Positions 1 through 10,455 of a DNA stretch of 64,000 nt are shown here, one piece after another (within the stretch, counting starts at the first letter, position 1; each line of letters starts with the position of its first letter). The stretch is from an uncultured Gemmatimonadales bacterium. Lineage in GTDB: Bacteria; Gemmatimonadota; Gemmatimonadetes; Gemmatimonadales; Gemmatimonadaceae. The notes below the pieces were generated by a model that was not told the origin of the DNA, did not search any database, and saw only the letters and a program-made list of their open reading frames with translations. The DNA is taken from NCBI GenBank assembly GCA_963793305.1, contig CAWBZV010000002.1, positions 384,001 through 448,000 on the forward strand. Direction: 5' to 3'. Both the position numbers and the translations under genes were made by a program.

Positions 1-2
1 CC

Positions 3-1307
3 GACGTTATCGGCCCCCGCCTGACGGGTTCGGCCAGCCTGCGCCAAGCGAACGACTGGACGCGCGACAAATTCCACGAATACGGGGCCGACAGCGAGTG
101 GACCGAAGCGTGGACGTTCGGCCAAGGCTGGGAACGCGGCCCGATCACGTTGACGATGGTCGCGCCTCACGTGCAGCCGATTTTCGGCGCGTCGTGGGCC
201 TGGGCTCCGGGCACCGACGGCCCGGTGACCGGCCCGGTGGTGATTGTCGACGCGACATTGCCAGCCGACTTCACGAAGCGGTTCGGCGGCCAGCTCAAAG
301 GCGCCTGGGTGATGATCCGCCCGCCGGTGCCGCTCACGAACCCGGACGGGCCGACGATGACGCACGCCGACAGCGTGCGCGCCGACTCGGCCCTCAAAGC
401 GTGGTCGAAGCTGGCCGACGATCAGCGCAGATCTATCGCCCAACTCCCAACGCTTTTGGCCGCCGAACATTGTCTCGGGATACTACAAGATGGTGCAAAA
501 GATTTCGGGCTCCTGACGATGAGCGGCACGCCTCACGCGCTCGACCCGATCGCGCACGTGGTCATCCCGCACGAGACGTACACGATGTTCTATCGTCTGC
601 GCCAAGCCGGCCAGCCGGTCAGGCTGCGGGCTGATATCACGAACACGCTGACCGTCGACACGTTGACGGCCTACAACACGGTCGCCGAGATCCGCGGAAC
701 CGCCCATCCCGACGAAGTCGTCCTGCTCGGCGCCCACCTCGATTCGTGGGACCTCGGTACCGGTACGACCGACAATGGCGCGGGCGCGATCGCCGTCCTG
801 GAAGCCGCGCGCATTCTTGCCGCCGCGCACGTTCGCCCGGTGCGCACCATTCGATTCGCGCTATTTACCGGCGAGGAACAGGGGCTCCTCGGCTCCACGG
901 CCTACGTGAGCGACCACGAAGACGAGCTGGCGAAATTCCAAGCCGTTCTCGTGCTCGACAACGGGTCCGGCCGCATCACGGGCGTGGCGCTGCAGGGTCG
1001 CAACGAGCTGCACAACGCGTGGGATGCGTTGTTCGCTCCGGTTGCCTCACTGGGTCCATTCGCGGTGCGCGCGCAGAGTAAGGGTGGCACCGACCATCTG
1101 TCGTTCCTGCCGTACGGCGTGCCGAGCTTCAACTACGATCAGCTGACGCGCGGGTACAATCACACGCACCATTCGCAGGTCGACACGTTCGACCATGCCG
1201 TTCCGGATGATCTCGCGCAAGCGGCGACCGTCATGGCGGTCAATGCATACGAGTTGGCTAACGCGCCGGCGCTTCTGGCTCGTGGTCAGACGGCGGAAGG
1301 TCCGTAG
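3..1307 (+). CDS. M28 family metallopeptidase (carboxypeptidase Q-like), 5'-truncated by window edge
   Basis: Frame open from base 3 (DVIGPRLTGS); motifs GAHLDSWD, GTTDNGAG, FTGEEQGLLGS, GGTDH, HHSQVD. Confidence 0.9.
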   Translation, partial: DVIGPRLTGSASLRQANDWTRDKFHEYGADSEWTEAWTFGQGWERGPITLTMVAPHVQPIFGASWAWAPGTDGPVTGPVVIVDATLPADFTKRFGGQLKGAWVMIRPPVPLTNPDGPTMTHADSVRADSALKAWSKLADDQRRSIAQLPTLLAAEHCLGILQDGAKDFGLLTMSGTPHALDPIAHVVIPHETYTMFYRLRQAGQPVRLRADITNTLTVDTLTAYNTVAEIRGTAHPDEVVLLGAHLDSWDLGTGTTDNGAGAIAVLEAARILAAAHVRPVRTIRFALFTGEEQGLLGSTAYVSDHEDELAKFQAVLVLDNGSGRITGVALQGRNELHNAWDALFAPVASLGPFAVRAQSKGGTDHLSFLPYGVPSFNYDQLTRGYNHTHHSQVDTFDHAVPDDLAQAATVMAVNAYELANAPALLARGQTAEGP

Positions 1308-2583
1308 CCAGCAACTCGATGCGTCGGCCGTCCATCTGCCGCACGGTAAAGGTGGCGCCGCCCGCCGAGACGCGGTCACCGATTTGCGGCAGCCGTCCGA
1401 GGGCGCCGAAGACATATCCACCGATCGTGGTGTAGTCGTCATCGGGCACGGTGAGCTCATACTGATCGTTCAGCTCACCGATATTCGTGCTGCCTGGAAT
1501 GACCACCTCGCCCGATCGCGTGGGGCGTGCTTCCGGCTCGGACTCATCGTACTCGTCGAGAATCTCGCCGACGATCTCCTCCAGGAGATCCTCCATGGTC
1601 ACAATGCCCGCCGTACCGCCGTACTCATCGAGCACGATCGCCATGTGCTCTTTCAGTCGCTTGAAGTCGGCCAGGACCTCTTCCACTTCTCTCGACCCTG
1701 GGACCACATGGACGTTGCGGACGATCGTGCGCAGGGAAAAGGTCTCTGGGTCATCCCGATCGACTTTGAGAAGATCCTTCGCCAACACGATCCCGATGAT
1801 ATTATCGATCGTTTCGTCGAAGACGGGATAGCGGGAGAAGCTGGTCTCATTGATGACCGACAGCGTCTCGGTGAACGTCGCATTGACCGGTAGCGCGATC
1901 AATTCGGTCCGCGGCGTCATGACCTCGCGCGCATTCTTCTCCGAGAACTCGAACACGCCTTCAATGAGATCGGCATCGTGCTGCTCCAGCGCTCCGAGCT
2001 CCTGGCTCTGCTCGACGAGGAGCCGGAGCTCCTCGGGCGAGTGCACGTTGTCTTCGGAGGTCGTCTCAGTGCGCGAGCCGAATAACCGCAGCACGATCTC
2101 GGCCGACCGGGTGAGCGCCGCGGTGAACGGTGTGACCACGAGCGCCCAGAGCATGAGCGGCGGCACGAGCCAACGGGCGACGCGCTCGGGATGCCGCAAG
2201 GCGGCCGCTTTCGGGGCCAGTTCCCCGAACACGACGTGCAGATACGTCACGAGCACGAGTGAGATCGTCGCGCCGATCGTGATGCGAACCGATACTTCGA
2301 TCGCGAAGGGCAAGCGGCCGATCGCGGCCGCGAACGGCTCCGTCAGTGTGGATTCGGCGACCCAGCCGAGCCCCAGGCTGGCGAGGGTGACGCCGAGCTG
2401 ACTGGCCGAGAGGAGCGACGGTATGTTAGATGTAGCGCGGAGCGCGAGGCCGGCCAACCGATCTCCGTTCTTCGACATTGCTTCCAGTCGGGTGCGCCGG
2501 GACCGGACGAGCGAGAATTCGGCGCCGACGAAAAACCCGTTCAGGAGCACGAGCATCCCGAGCACCAGCAATCGGTCGAACAC
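1258..2583 (-). CDS. HlyC/CorC (CNNM-CBS-CorC) family hemolysin-like/Mg2+ efflux membrane protein
   Basis: LNGFFVGAEFSLV, SQLGVTLASLGLG, VFGELAPK, FSRYPV, DEYGGTAGIVTMEDLLEEIVGEI; GTG start at 2583 inferred. Confidence 0.9.
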   Translation of the reverse strand: MFDRLLVLGMLVLLNGFFVGAEFSLVRSRRTRLEAMSKNGDRLAGLALRATSNIPSLLSASQLGVTLASLGLGWVAESTLTEPFAAAIGRLPFAIEVSVRITIGATISLVLVTYLHVVFGELAPKAAALRHPERVARWLVPPLMLWALVVTPFTAALTRSAEIVLRLFGSRTETTSEDNVHSPEELRLLVEQSQELGALEQHDADLIEGVFEFSEKNAREVMTPRTELIALPVNATFTETLSVINETSFSRYPVFDETIDNIIGIVLAKDLLKVDRDDPETFSLRTIVRNVHVVPGSREVEEVLADFKRLKEHMAIVLDEYGGTAGIVTMEDLLEEIVGEILDEYDESEPEARPTRSGEVVIPGSTNIGELNDQYELTVPDDDYTTIGGYVFGALGRLPQIGDRVSAGGATFTVRQMDGRRIELLATDLPPSDHEPEAPAR

Positions 2584-2604
2584 CTTGGCAAGGTATCCCG
2601 CATC

Positions 2605-3552
2605 GTGACGCCGCACCACCATCATGACGGTCACGGTCACGGGCACGACCACGCACACGACCATGCGCACGGCCACACGCATGGGACCGACGGTGGCACC
2701 CGGCGCCTCACGTTCGCGCTCGGCCTCACCGCGCTGTTTCTGGTCGTGGAGATCGTGGGCGGCGTGCTCGCCCACTCCCTCACGCTGCTCGCCGACGCCG
2801 GGCACATGTTCACCGACGTTGCCGCGCTCGGCCTGTCGTTATTCGTCGCGTGGTTCAGCCGGCAGCCGGGGACGCCCGAGAAGACCTACGGATACCTCCG
2901 GTGGGAGATTCTCGCGGCGTTCCTGAATGGTTCGACGCTCCTCGCGGTCTCCGCCGGGATCATCTACGAGGCGATCAAGCGGTTGCAGCATCCGAGCGTC
3001 GTCGAAAGTGGGCTCATGCTCGGTGTCGCCGCGGCCAGCGTCGTCACCAATCTCGCCTCGGCCTACGTGCTGCACGGCGGCGCCGGCGAGAGTCTCAACA
3101 TGCGGGGCGCCTACCTCCACGTGCTCGGCGATCTGCTCGGCGGGCTCGGCGCCGTCATCGCCGCGCTCATCATCCGGTTCACCGGGTGGGAACAAGCCGA
3201 TCCCATCGCCTCGATCGTCATGACCATTTTGATCGTTCGCGGGTCCTGGCGCATTGTCCGTGAATCGGTCGACATCCTGCTCGAATCCACGCCCTCCAAC
3301 ATCTCCCTCGGCGCCGTCCGCGCCCAGTTGCTCGCGCTCCCCGGCATCGAGTCCGTGCACGACCTGCACGTCTGGAGCGTCACCTCCGGCGTTGTCGCCA
3401 TGAGCGCGCATGCTTTGGTTCGCGAGCCCGAGCGGCAGCAGCATGCGCTCGAGCACATCATCGACGCCATGCGATTATTCGGCATCGATCACGTCACGGT
3501 GCAGATCGAGAGTCGCGAAATGGCCGAGCGCGAGGCCCACCTACACGCCTAG
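2605..3552 (+). CDS. CDF family Zn/Co/Cd efflux transporter (ZitB/CzcD-like) with His-rich N-terminus
   Basis: LADAGHMFTD, YGYLRWE, GAYLHVLGD, HDLHVW, HVTVQIE. Confidence 0.93.
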   Translation: MTPHHHHDGHGHGHDHAHDHAHGHTHGTDGGTRRLTFALGLTALFLVVEIVGGVLAHSLTLLADAGHMFTDVAALGLSLFVAWFSRQPGTPEKTYGYLRWEILAAFLNGSTLLAVSAGIIYEAIKRLQHPSVVESGLMLGVAAASVVTNLASAYVLHGGAGESLNMRGAYLHVLGDLLGGLGAVIAALIIRFTGWEQADPIASIVMTILIVRGSWRIVRESVDILLESTPSNISLGAVRAQLLALPGIESVHDLHVWSVTSGVVAMSAHALVREPERQQHALEHIIDAMRLFGIDHVTVQIESREMAEREAHLHA

Positions 3553-3620
3553 CCGTAAACGTGACCCCGGGGGCTTTGGGGCGTCCATTTCCAGACACGG
3601 CACGTCCGTTTTCCGTTCCC

Positions 3621-4082
3621 ATGACGACCGACTTTCGCATAGACAAACTTCGCGTCCCGGTCTCTCTCATAATGCTGGGCGGCGAAGAGTTGAACGGAAA
3701 CATGTTCGTGCAATCAGTTTCCCCGAATCGCGCCGGCCGGGAGGAGATTCCGGACGTGCTGAACGGGGAAGAAGCATTCTTCCCGCTGGCCCAGGAAGGG
3801 GGCACGTTGCTGGTCGCCAAGGATCAGGTCCGCGAGGTTGTCATCCGTGGCGACTTCTCAGCCCAATTTTTGCAGACCGCCGCGCGGCGGGTGCCCGTCG
3901 AGCTCACCCTGACCGATGGCGCGATCCGGACCGGTGAGGTCTACCTGGAGATGCCGGAGCAACGGCCTCGCGTGCTCGACTTCCTGAATCGCTATGCGCA
4001 GCGGTTCGTCGTGCTGTACGCCGCGGGCGGCGTGTGTCTGATCAATCGTTCGCTCATCGAACACGTCAGGCCGGCCGACTGA
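3621..4082 (+). CDS. Conserved hypothetical protein with two small beta-rich repeats (DUF6812-like)
   Basis: Internal repeat (DVLNGEEAFFPL / DFLNRYAQRFVV); stop 1 nt before pilT start. Confidence 0.6.
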   Translation: MTTDFRIDKLRVPVSLIMLGGEELNGNMFVQSVSPNRAGREEIPDVLNGEEAFFPLAQEGGTLLVAKDQVREVVIRGDFSAQFLQTAARRVPVELTLTDGAIRTGEVYLEMPEQRPRVLDFLNRYAQRFVVLYAAGGVCLINRSLIEHVRPAD

Positions 4083-4083
4083 G

Positions 4084-5793
4084 ATGGCACAACTCGACAA
4101 GTTTCTCACCGTCATGGTGACCAACCATGCGGAATCGATCCTGCTGATCGAGGGTGACGTGGCGACGCTCCAGAAGGATGGCGTCCCGCGCCCCATCACG
4201 CGGCAGCCGCTGTCTGGCGCCCAACTCGTGATGCTGCTCAAGGAGATCGCGCCGGCGGCGTCGGCCAAGGATCTCGAGGGTGGCACGCCCGCCTCGTTCC
4301 GGTACGCGAACCCGGATGGCGATTTCTTCGTCAAGAGCGCGCACACGGGTGGTCGCTGGCACGCGTCGATCGCTCTCCACGAGGGGAACGGTGACGGTGC
4401 GGCGGTCGCCGAGGAACCCGCGCCGGAAGCCGCCGAGCCCCCGCCGCTTCCACCGCCTCCGGCCCGGCGCGGCTCGGGCGCGATGAAAAAGAAGGCCGTC
4501 GTCGAGCCCGAGCCCGAGCCGGTCGCGGCAGCGCCGGCGCCAGCCGCCGAACCCGTCGTGACGGTGGGTCAGAACGGGATCGCGCTCCGATTGCCTATTG
4601 CCGAGACCGAAGAAGAGCGAGTGGACGCGGCATTGGCCGACATGAATGCCTTGCTGACCCAGCTCGTGCAGCGCGGAGCGTCCGACTTGCACCTGCGCTG
4701 CGGCGAGCCACCGCTCATGCGCGTGGACGGCGAGATGATTCGGTTGGATGCGTACCCGCAACTCGATAACGGTTCCATGGAGCTCATGATCCGCTCGATC
4801 ATGAGCGGCCGGAACCGCCAGGAGTACGCCGACAAGAACGACGTGGACTTCGCCTACGAGATCGACGGCGTCGCCCGGTTTCGGTGCAATGCGCTCCGTG
4901 AGCGGAAGGGCGCCGCCGGCGTGTTCCGGGTGATTCCCGCCGAGGTCGTGACGGTCGAGCAGCTGGGGATGTCGGCCGAGGTGCAGAACCTCTGCTATCT
5001 CAGCAAGGGCCTGGTCCTGGTCACGGGTCCCACGGGTTCAGGCAAATCCACCACGCTGTGCGCTCTGGTGGACCTGGTCAACCGGATGCGGACGGACCAC
5101 GTGATCACGATCGAAGACCCGATCGAGTTCGTGCATAAGAACAAGAAATGCCTGATCACGCAACGCCAAGTTGGAGTCCACACGCAATCGTTCCGCAGCG
5201 CGCTCCGGGCCGCGCTGCGTGAAGACCCGGATATCATTCTGGTCGGTGAGTTGCGTGACTTGGAGACGGTATCCATCGCGATCGAGACGGCGGAAACCGG
5301 CCACCTCGTCTTCGGCACGCTGCACACCACGACGGCGCCGAGCACGATCGATCGCATCATCGACCAGTTTCCCGCCGATCGGCAGGATCAGATCCGCGTG
5401 ATGCTGTCGGAGTCGCTCAAAGGCGTGATCTGTCAGGTGCTGTGCCCGAAGATCGGCGGCGGCCGTGTCGCGGCCCGCGAGATCCTGCTGACGGTTCCCT
5501 CGGTCTCGAACCTGATCCGCGAAGGAAAAACGTTCCAGATTCCGTCGGTCATGCAGACCTCGCGGAAGCTCGGCATGACGACGCTGAACGACTCGCTGAT
5601 CGATCTCGTCGACCAGCGGCTCGTGGAGTCGAAAGAGGCGTACATCAAGGCCCAGGACAAGACGGGCTTCGCGAATCTGCTGAAAGGCCGGGGCCACGAC
5701 ACGTCCTTTATCGACGGCGAGGAAGGCAGCAGCAAGGGGACGCCCGTCGCCAACTCCAAAGTCCCACCCCGCCCGGCAGCGGCCAAGCGCTAA
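4084..5793 (+). CDS. pilT: Type IV pilus retraction ATPase PilT with extra N-terminal domain
   Basis: GASDLHL, GPTGSGKST, TIEDPIE, ALREDPD..LVGE, TGHLVFGTLHT, NLIREGK. Confidence 0.92.
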   Translation: MAQLDKFLTVMVTNHAESILLIEGDVATLQKDGVPRPITRQPLSGAQLVMLLKEIAPAASAKDLEGGTPASFRYANPDGDFFVKSAHTGGRWHASIALHEGNGDGAAVAEEPAPEAAEPPPLPPPPARRGSGAMKKKAVVEPEPEPVAAAPAPAAEPVVTVGQNGIALRLPIAETEEERVDAALADMNALLTQLVQRGASDLHLRCGEPPLMRVDGEMIRLDAYPQLDNGSMELMIRSIMSGRNRQEYADKNDVDFAYEIDGVARFRCNALRERKGAAGVFRVIPAEVVTVEQLGMSAEVQNLCYLSKGLVLVTGPTGSGKSTTLCALVDLVNRMRTDHVITIEDPIEFVHKNKKCLITQRQVGVHTQSFRSALRAALREDPDIILVGELRDLETVSIAIETAETGHLVFGTLHTTTAPSTIDRIIDQFPADRQDQIRVMLSESLKGVICQVLCPKIGGGRVAAREILLTVPSVSNLIREGKTFQIPSVMQTSRKLGMTTLNDSLIDLVDQRLVESKEAYIKAQDKTGFANLLKGRGHDTSFIDGEEGSSKGTPVANSKVPPRPAAAKR

Positions 5794-5826
5794 CGCCGCG
5801 GATAGGCAGCGACGGCCCGGGTCGGG

Positions 5827-5832
5827 TATATT
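5827..5832 (+). promoter_or_regulatory. Putative -10 hexamer TATATT 9 nt before typA ATG (leaderless-type)
   Basis: TATATT immediately upstream of start, no Shine-Dalgarno. Confidence 0.5.
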
Positions 5833-5841
5833 ACCGGGCTT

Positions 5842-7677
5842 ATGTCGATCCGCAACATTGCCATTATTGCGCACGTCGATCACGGGAAAACGACGCTCGT
5901 GGACAAGATGCTCCGGCAAGGCGGGGCGTTCCGCGAGAATCAGATCGTCGAAGAGCGCGTGATGGACTCCAATCCGCTCGAGCGCGAGCGGGGGATCACG
6001 ATTCTCGCCAAGAACACGTCGGTACATTGGCGAGACACGAAGATCAATATCGTCGATACCCCGGGCCACGCGGATTTCGGCGGTGAGGTCGAGCGGATCC
6101 TGCGGATGGTCGATGGCGTGCTGCTCGTCGTCGACGCGTTCGATGGGCCAATGCCTCAAACCCGTTTCGTTTTGCGTAAGGCCCTCGCGCTGGGTCGCGT
6201 TCCCATCGTCGTCATCAACAAGATCGACCGCCCGGGCGCCGACCCGCTGCGCGTGCACGACGAGGTGCTCGACCTGTTCATCGAGCTCGAAGCGGACGAA
6301 GCCCAACTCGACGCCGCCGTCGTCTACGCCTCGGCCCGTGAGGGTGTCGCGACGCTCGATCTCGATGTCACTCCGGTCGACCTGACACCCCTCTTCGACG
6401 CCATCATCCGGCACGTGCCGGCGCCGCCGAGCGACGCCGAAGGGACGTTCCAGATGCTGATCTCGACGATCGACTACTCCCCGTACTTGGGCCGTCTCGG
6501 CATTGGCCGTATCGAGCGTGGCGCTGTTCGACTTGGCGACACTGTCGCGCTTCTGCCACTCGATCCCAGCCAGCGAACAGAGAGCGCTCGCGTCACCAAG
6601 CTTTTTATCTTCGAGGGCTTGGAGCGGCGAGAGGTCGAGTCGGCGTCGGCGGGCGAGATCGTGGCGCTGGCGGGCCTCGAAGGCGTCGAAATCGGTCTCA
6701 CCGTGACCGACGTCGAACACCAGGAACGCCTCGCGGGTATCGCGGTCGAAGAGCCGACCATCTCCGTCGACTTCCTGGTGAACAATTCACCGTTCGCGGG
6801 ACGCGATGGCAAATTCGTTACCTCGCGCCAGGTCCGCGAGCGACTCTTCAGGGAGCTGGAGCGGAACGTCGCGCTCCGGGTCGAAGATACGGACTCGACC
6901 GACACCTGGACGGTGTCCGGACGCGGTGAGCTCCACCTGTCGATCCTCATGGAGACGATGCGCCGCGAGGGGTATGAGTTCCAGGTCTCCCGTCCCAGAG
7001 TCATCACGCGGATAGGCCTGGACGGCGAGCGCCTGGAGCCCTACGAGGAGCTATCGATCGATGTCCCAGAGGAGTACCTGGGGGCCGTGATCGAGAAGTT
7101 GGGGCCGCGGCGCGGCGAGATGCTGGAGATGAAGAACCCCGGCCAGGGGATGGTCCGCCTCCTGTATCGCATCCCGGCGCGTGGTCTCTTCGGGTACCGT
7201 TCCGAATTCCTCACCGACACGCGGGGAACCGGCATCATCCACCATCGGTTCCTCGAGTACGGTCCGTGGGCTGGACCGCTAGCCGGACGGTCCAGGGGAA
7301 CGTTGATTTCTATGGAAGGTGGCACGGTCGTCGCATTTGCTCTGGCGAATCTGTCCGAGCGGGGGACATTGTTCGTGGGACCCGGTGCGCCGGTCTACGA
7401 AGGCATGATCATTGGCGAGAGTGCTCGGCCGGGCGATATGGATGTCAACCCGACGAAGGAAAAGAAGCTCACCAACATGCGCAGCAAGGCCAGCGACGAG
7501 AACATCCAATTGGAGCCGCCTCGGGAGTTGACGCTGGAGGGCGCCTTGGAGTATATCGAGGACGACGAGCTGATCGAGGTGACCCCCCAGGCGATCCGAC
7601 TACGGAAACGATTCCTGAGCGCGAACGATCGCAAGAAGCTGTCGCGGGACGCGAAGCGAGAGCGCGCTTCGCTGTAA
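5842..7677 (+). CDS. typA: Translational GTPase TypA/BipA
   Basis: [64 protein letters not shown]. Confidence 0.98.
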   Translation: MSIRNIAIIAHVDHGKTTLVDKMLRQGGAFRENQIVEERVMDSNPLERERGITILAKNTSVHWRDTKINIVDTPGHADFGGEVERILRMVDGVLLVVDAFDGPMPQTRFVLRKALALGRVPIVVINKIDRPGADPLRVHDEVLDLFIELEADEAQLDAAVVYASAREGVATLDLDVTPVDLTPLFDAIIRHVPAPPSDAEGTFQMLISTIDYSPYLGRLGIGRIERGAVRLGDTVALLPLDPSQRTESARVTKLFIFEGLERREVESASAGEIVALAGLEGVEIGLTVTDVEHQERLAGIAVEEPTISVDFLVNNSPFAGRDGKFVTSRQVRERLFRELERNVALRVEDTDSTDTWTVSGRGELHLSILMETMRREGYEFQVSRPRVITRIGLDGERLEPYEELSIDVPEEYLGAVIEKLGPRRGEMLEMKNPGQGMVRLLYRIPARGLFGYRSEFLTDTRGTGIIHHRFLEYGPWAGPLAGRSRGTLISMEGGTVVAFALANLSERGTLFVGPGAPVYEGMIIGESARPGDMDVNPTKEKKLTNMRSKASDENIQLEPPRELTLEGALEYIEDDELIEVTPQAIRLRKRFLSANDRKKLSRDAKRERASL

Positions 7678-7729
7678 GAAGGCCAACCTTTACACTGCAC
7701 TAATTTTTTCTGTGACGGAGAACCGTGGC

Positions 7730-8113
7730 ATGACGCACGCGCATGGTGCGTCGGATCCCGACGAGTGGTGGGGGAGTGGTCTGATCGATCACCTCGGGGC
7801 GAAGCGCGGCGGCGCAGATGATGCCGACCCGGAAGACGAGCCTGAGGATCTCGACGAGGATCTCGACGACGAAGATCTAGACGACGACCTCGACTTCGAT
7901 GACGACGAGGACCTCGATGATGACGAGGACCTCGACGATGACGAAGACGAGGACGATGAGGATGACGACGAGGATCTCGACGACGAGGACGACGAAGACC
8001 TCGACGACGACGATCTCCTCGACGAGCTGGATGACGATGACCTCGTCGATCTCGACGACGAAGACGACGAGGGAGACCGCCCGGACAAAAGTGGCGGAGC
8101 GGAACCCGACTGA
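7730..8113 (+). CDS. Very acidic low-complexity (Asp/Glu/Leu) protein
   Basis: GGAGA RBS at 7717-7721; ~85 residues of DEDLDD repeats after a short unique N-terminus. Confidence 0.6.
   Translation: MTHAHGASDPDEWWGSGLIDHLGAKRGGADDADPEDEPEDLDEDLDDEDLDDDLDFDDDEDLDDDEDLDDDEDEDDEDDDEDLDDEDDEDLDDDDLLDELDDDDLVDLDDEDDEGDRPDKSGGAEPD
7847..8070 (+). repeat. Degenerate coding tandem repeat (gacgacgaggacctc-like)
   Basis: Imperfect codon-phase repeats with synonymous variation. Confidence 0.8.
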
Positions 8114-8129
8114 GCGGCTAGCGCGCCGC

Positions 8130-8148
8130 ACAGTTTCCGCACAAACGG
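8130..8148 (+). promoter_or_regulatory. Candidate response-regulator box, copy 1 (ACAGTTTCCGCACAAACGG)
   Basis: CCGCACA direct repeat at 8126 and 8137 (11-bp period); 16/19 identical to 10456-10474. Confidence 0.5.
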
Positions 8149-8188
8149 TCGATTGCCGGGGACTCGCCCGGCATGCCATAGTTGAGCC

Positions 8189-9793
8189 GTGATCGCCACG
8201 CGGTATCCGCGCTGGCCGCTCGTCTTGCTGCTGGCCGGCACCGGACTGGCGACCGTCGCGGTGATCGACGCATTGAGCGCCGTGCGCTCCCAGCAACGAG
8301 TCGCCGCCGAAGCCATCGGCGGCTACTCAAATTTTGCCGCGTGGAGCTACCGTGAGCACCTGACGGCACGGATGACCGAGGCCGCTCACGAGGTGCTGGG
8401 CCCCGTCAACCATGGCCAGTATCGCCACGTCAATCCCCAGATCCCCGACGCGAGCGACCTGCACGACTACTTGAAGTGGGATGTGGCGTGCCTCTGCCAT
8501 CGCGTGTTCTTCGGGCCCGACCCACAGGCGTTTTTTGGATTCAACCTGCACGCCGACACGCTGGGCGTGGCTCCCTTTAATGGTCCTGTACACTATTCCC
8601 GACAGGATCGCGCGTGGATTCTCGACACGCTGCGCCGGCAAATCCAATCAGGCTATCGCTCGGACTGGGGCTTCACGTACGTCGTGGCGCGAGGCCGCTA
8701 CTTCGCGTATACGCTGATGCCCACCGTCTGGGGCGATACGATCGTCTACGGTGTCGAGTACCCCGCGCCAGCGTTCACCCAATTCGTCGCCAGCGTGCTC
8801 GATGCCGGCGATCTCCTCCCCTCCACGTTCACGCGACAGCACCCGAACCGGGCGCTGCTCGCCGTCGAGATCTCCGACCCGGCGCACCAGATCGTCTTCG
8901 CATCCGATGCGCACCCCACGTGGCGCTACGATGCGAGAGCGCCGATGCCGACGAGCTATGGCGGGATCGAGATGCGCGCCGAGGTGCGCCCGGAGTACGC
9001 CGGCCTGTTCGTGATCGGCGGCCTGCCGCAGTCCCATCTTCCGTTTCTCCTCACGCTGCTGGCGCTGGCCGCCGCGCTCTCCGTCGTGGCGGTCGCGCAG
9101 CTCCGCCGCGAGGTCGAGCTCGGACGCCTCCGCGCCGATTTCGTCGCGAATGTCTCGCACGAGCTGCGCACGCCCCTGGCCCAAATCCGTCTCGACCTCG
9201 ACACGGTGCGACTCGGCCGTCACCCCAATGATGCCTATCGCACAGCGGCGCTCGACAGGGTAGACCGTGAGACGCGACGGCTCACGTTCCTGGCCGAGAA
9301 CGTGTTGCGATTCTCGCGGCGCGGCCGGACGAACGCGCCGTCGGATCGCCTGCCCACCGATGTCGCCGCCGAAACCGCGCGGATCGTCGAGGAGTTCCGC
9401 CCGCTCGCCACCGCGCGCCGTGCCACGATCGCGCTCGATACGGACGGCGCGCCGGTCGCGATGCTCGACCGCGACGCCCTGCGGCACATCGTGCTCAATT
9501 TGCTCGACAACGCGGCCAAGTACGGTCCGATGGGTCAAACGATCCGCGTCGGCGTGCACAACTCCGGCGGGACCGTGCGCGTGACCGTGACCGATCAGGG
9601 CCCGGGTGTCCCGGATGATGAGCGGGAGATCGTCTGGCAGGCCTTCCGGCGAGGGTCAGGCGCCAGGCATCAAGGGGTCGGTGGCAGCGGGATGGGCCTC
9701 ACGATCGTGCGCGAGATCGTCCAACAGCACGGCGGTCAGGCGCGTGTGCACGGCGCGACCTTCACGATCGAGCTCCCGTGCCACGCATCTTAG
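8189..9793 (+). CDS. Membrane sensor histidine kinase
   Basis: Two TM segments; H-box SHELRTPL, NLLDNAAKY, DQGPG, GSGMGL. Confidence 0.92.
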   Translation: MIATRYPRWPLVLLLAGTGLATVAVIDALSAVRSQQRVAAEAIGGYSNFAAWSYREHLTARMTEAAHEVLGPVNHGQYRHVNPQIPDASDLHDYLKWDVACLCHRVFFGPDPQAFFGFNLHADTLGVAPFNGPVHYSRQDRAWILDTLRRQIQSGYRSDWGFTYVVARGRYFAYTLMPTVWGDTIVYGVEYPAPAFTQFVASVLDAGDLLPSTFTRQHPNRALLAVEISDPAHQIVFASDAHPTWRYDARAPMPTSYGGIEMRAEVRPEYAGLFVIGGLPQSHLPFLLTLLALAAALSVVAVAQLRREVELGRLRADFVANVSHELRTPLAQIRLDLDTVRLGRHPNDAYRTAALDRVDRETRRLTFLAENVLRFSRRGRTNAPSDRLPTDVAAETARIVEEFRPLATARRATIALDTDGAPVAMLDRDALRHIVLNLLDNAAKYGPMGQTIRVGVHNSGGTVRVTVTDQGPGVPDDEREIVWQAFRRGSGARHQGVGGSGMGLTIVREIVQQHGGQARVHGATFTIELPCHAS

Positions 9794-10455
9794 TCGTGGA
9801 AGACAGCGCCGATCTCGCCGAAGGCGTGGCCGAGAATCTGCGGTTCGAAGGCTACGACGTACAGATCGCCGGCGATGGTCCTCGAGGTCTGGCGCTCGCG
9901 CGCGAGTGGCCGGCGGATCTCATCATCCTGGATCTCATGCTGCCGATCATGGACGGCTACGAGGTGCTGCGCGCGCTGCGGGCCGGCGGCAGCCGGGTGC
10001 CGGTCATCATCCTGTCGGCGCGCGCCGAGGAGGCCGACAAGATCCGGGGATTCCGGCTCGACGCCGACCAGTACGTGACGAAGCCGTTCGGCGTGTTGGA
10101 GCTCCTCGAACGCGTGCGATCGCTGCTGCGCCGCAACACCTCGTCCGAGCTGATCGAGTCGATTCGGTTCGGGGCGATCGAGGTCGATCTCGCGAGCCGT
10201 ATGGTCACGCGCGCTGGCCATCCCTGCGCGCTCTCGCCGAAGGCGTACACCCTGTTGCTCGCGCTCGTGCGGCGTGACGGCGCCGTCGCCTCGCGCGCCG
10301 AGCTCTTGCGCGAGGTCTGGGGCTACGATGAGCAGGTGCTCTCGCGCACCGTCGACTCGCACATCGCCGAGCTGCGGCGCAAGATCGAGGACGATCCCGC
10401 GGCGCCACGCCATATCGTGACGGTCTGGACCATCGGGTATCGGTTCGCGAAGTGA
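9778..10455 (+). CDS. OmpR/PhoB family response regulator
   Basis: ILVVED, LDLMLP, YVTKPF, wHTH RTVDSHIAELRRKIE..GYRF. Confidence 0.95.
   Translation: MPRILVVEDSADLAEGVAENLRFEGYDVQIAGDGPRGLALAREWPADLIILDLMLPIMDGYEVLRALRAGGSRVPVIILSARAEEADKIRGFRLDADQYVTKPFGVLELLERVRSLLRRNTSSELIESIRFGAIEVDLASRMVTRAGHPCALSPKAYTLLLALVRRDGAVASRAELLREVWGYDEQVLSRTVDSHIAELRRKIEDDPAAPRHIVTVWTIGYRFAK

Noticed and set aside
7847..8070. CRISPR-like or satellite array
   Set aside because: Codon-phase low-complexity repeat without unique spacers or cas genes; the antisense poly-Ser ORF is a shadow
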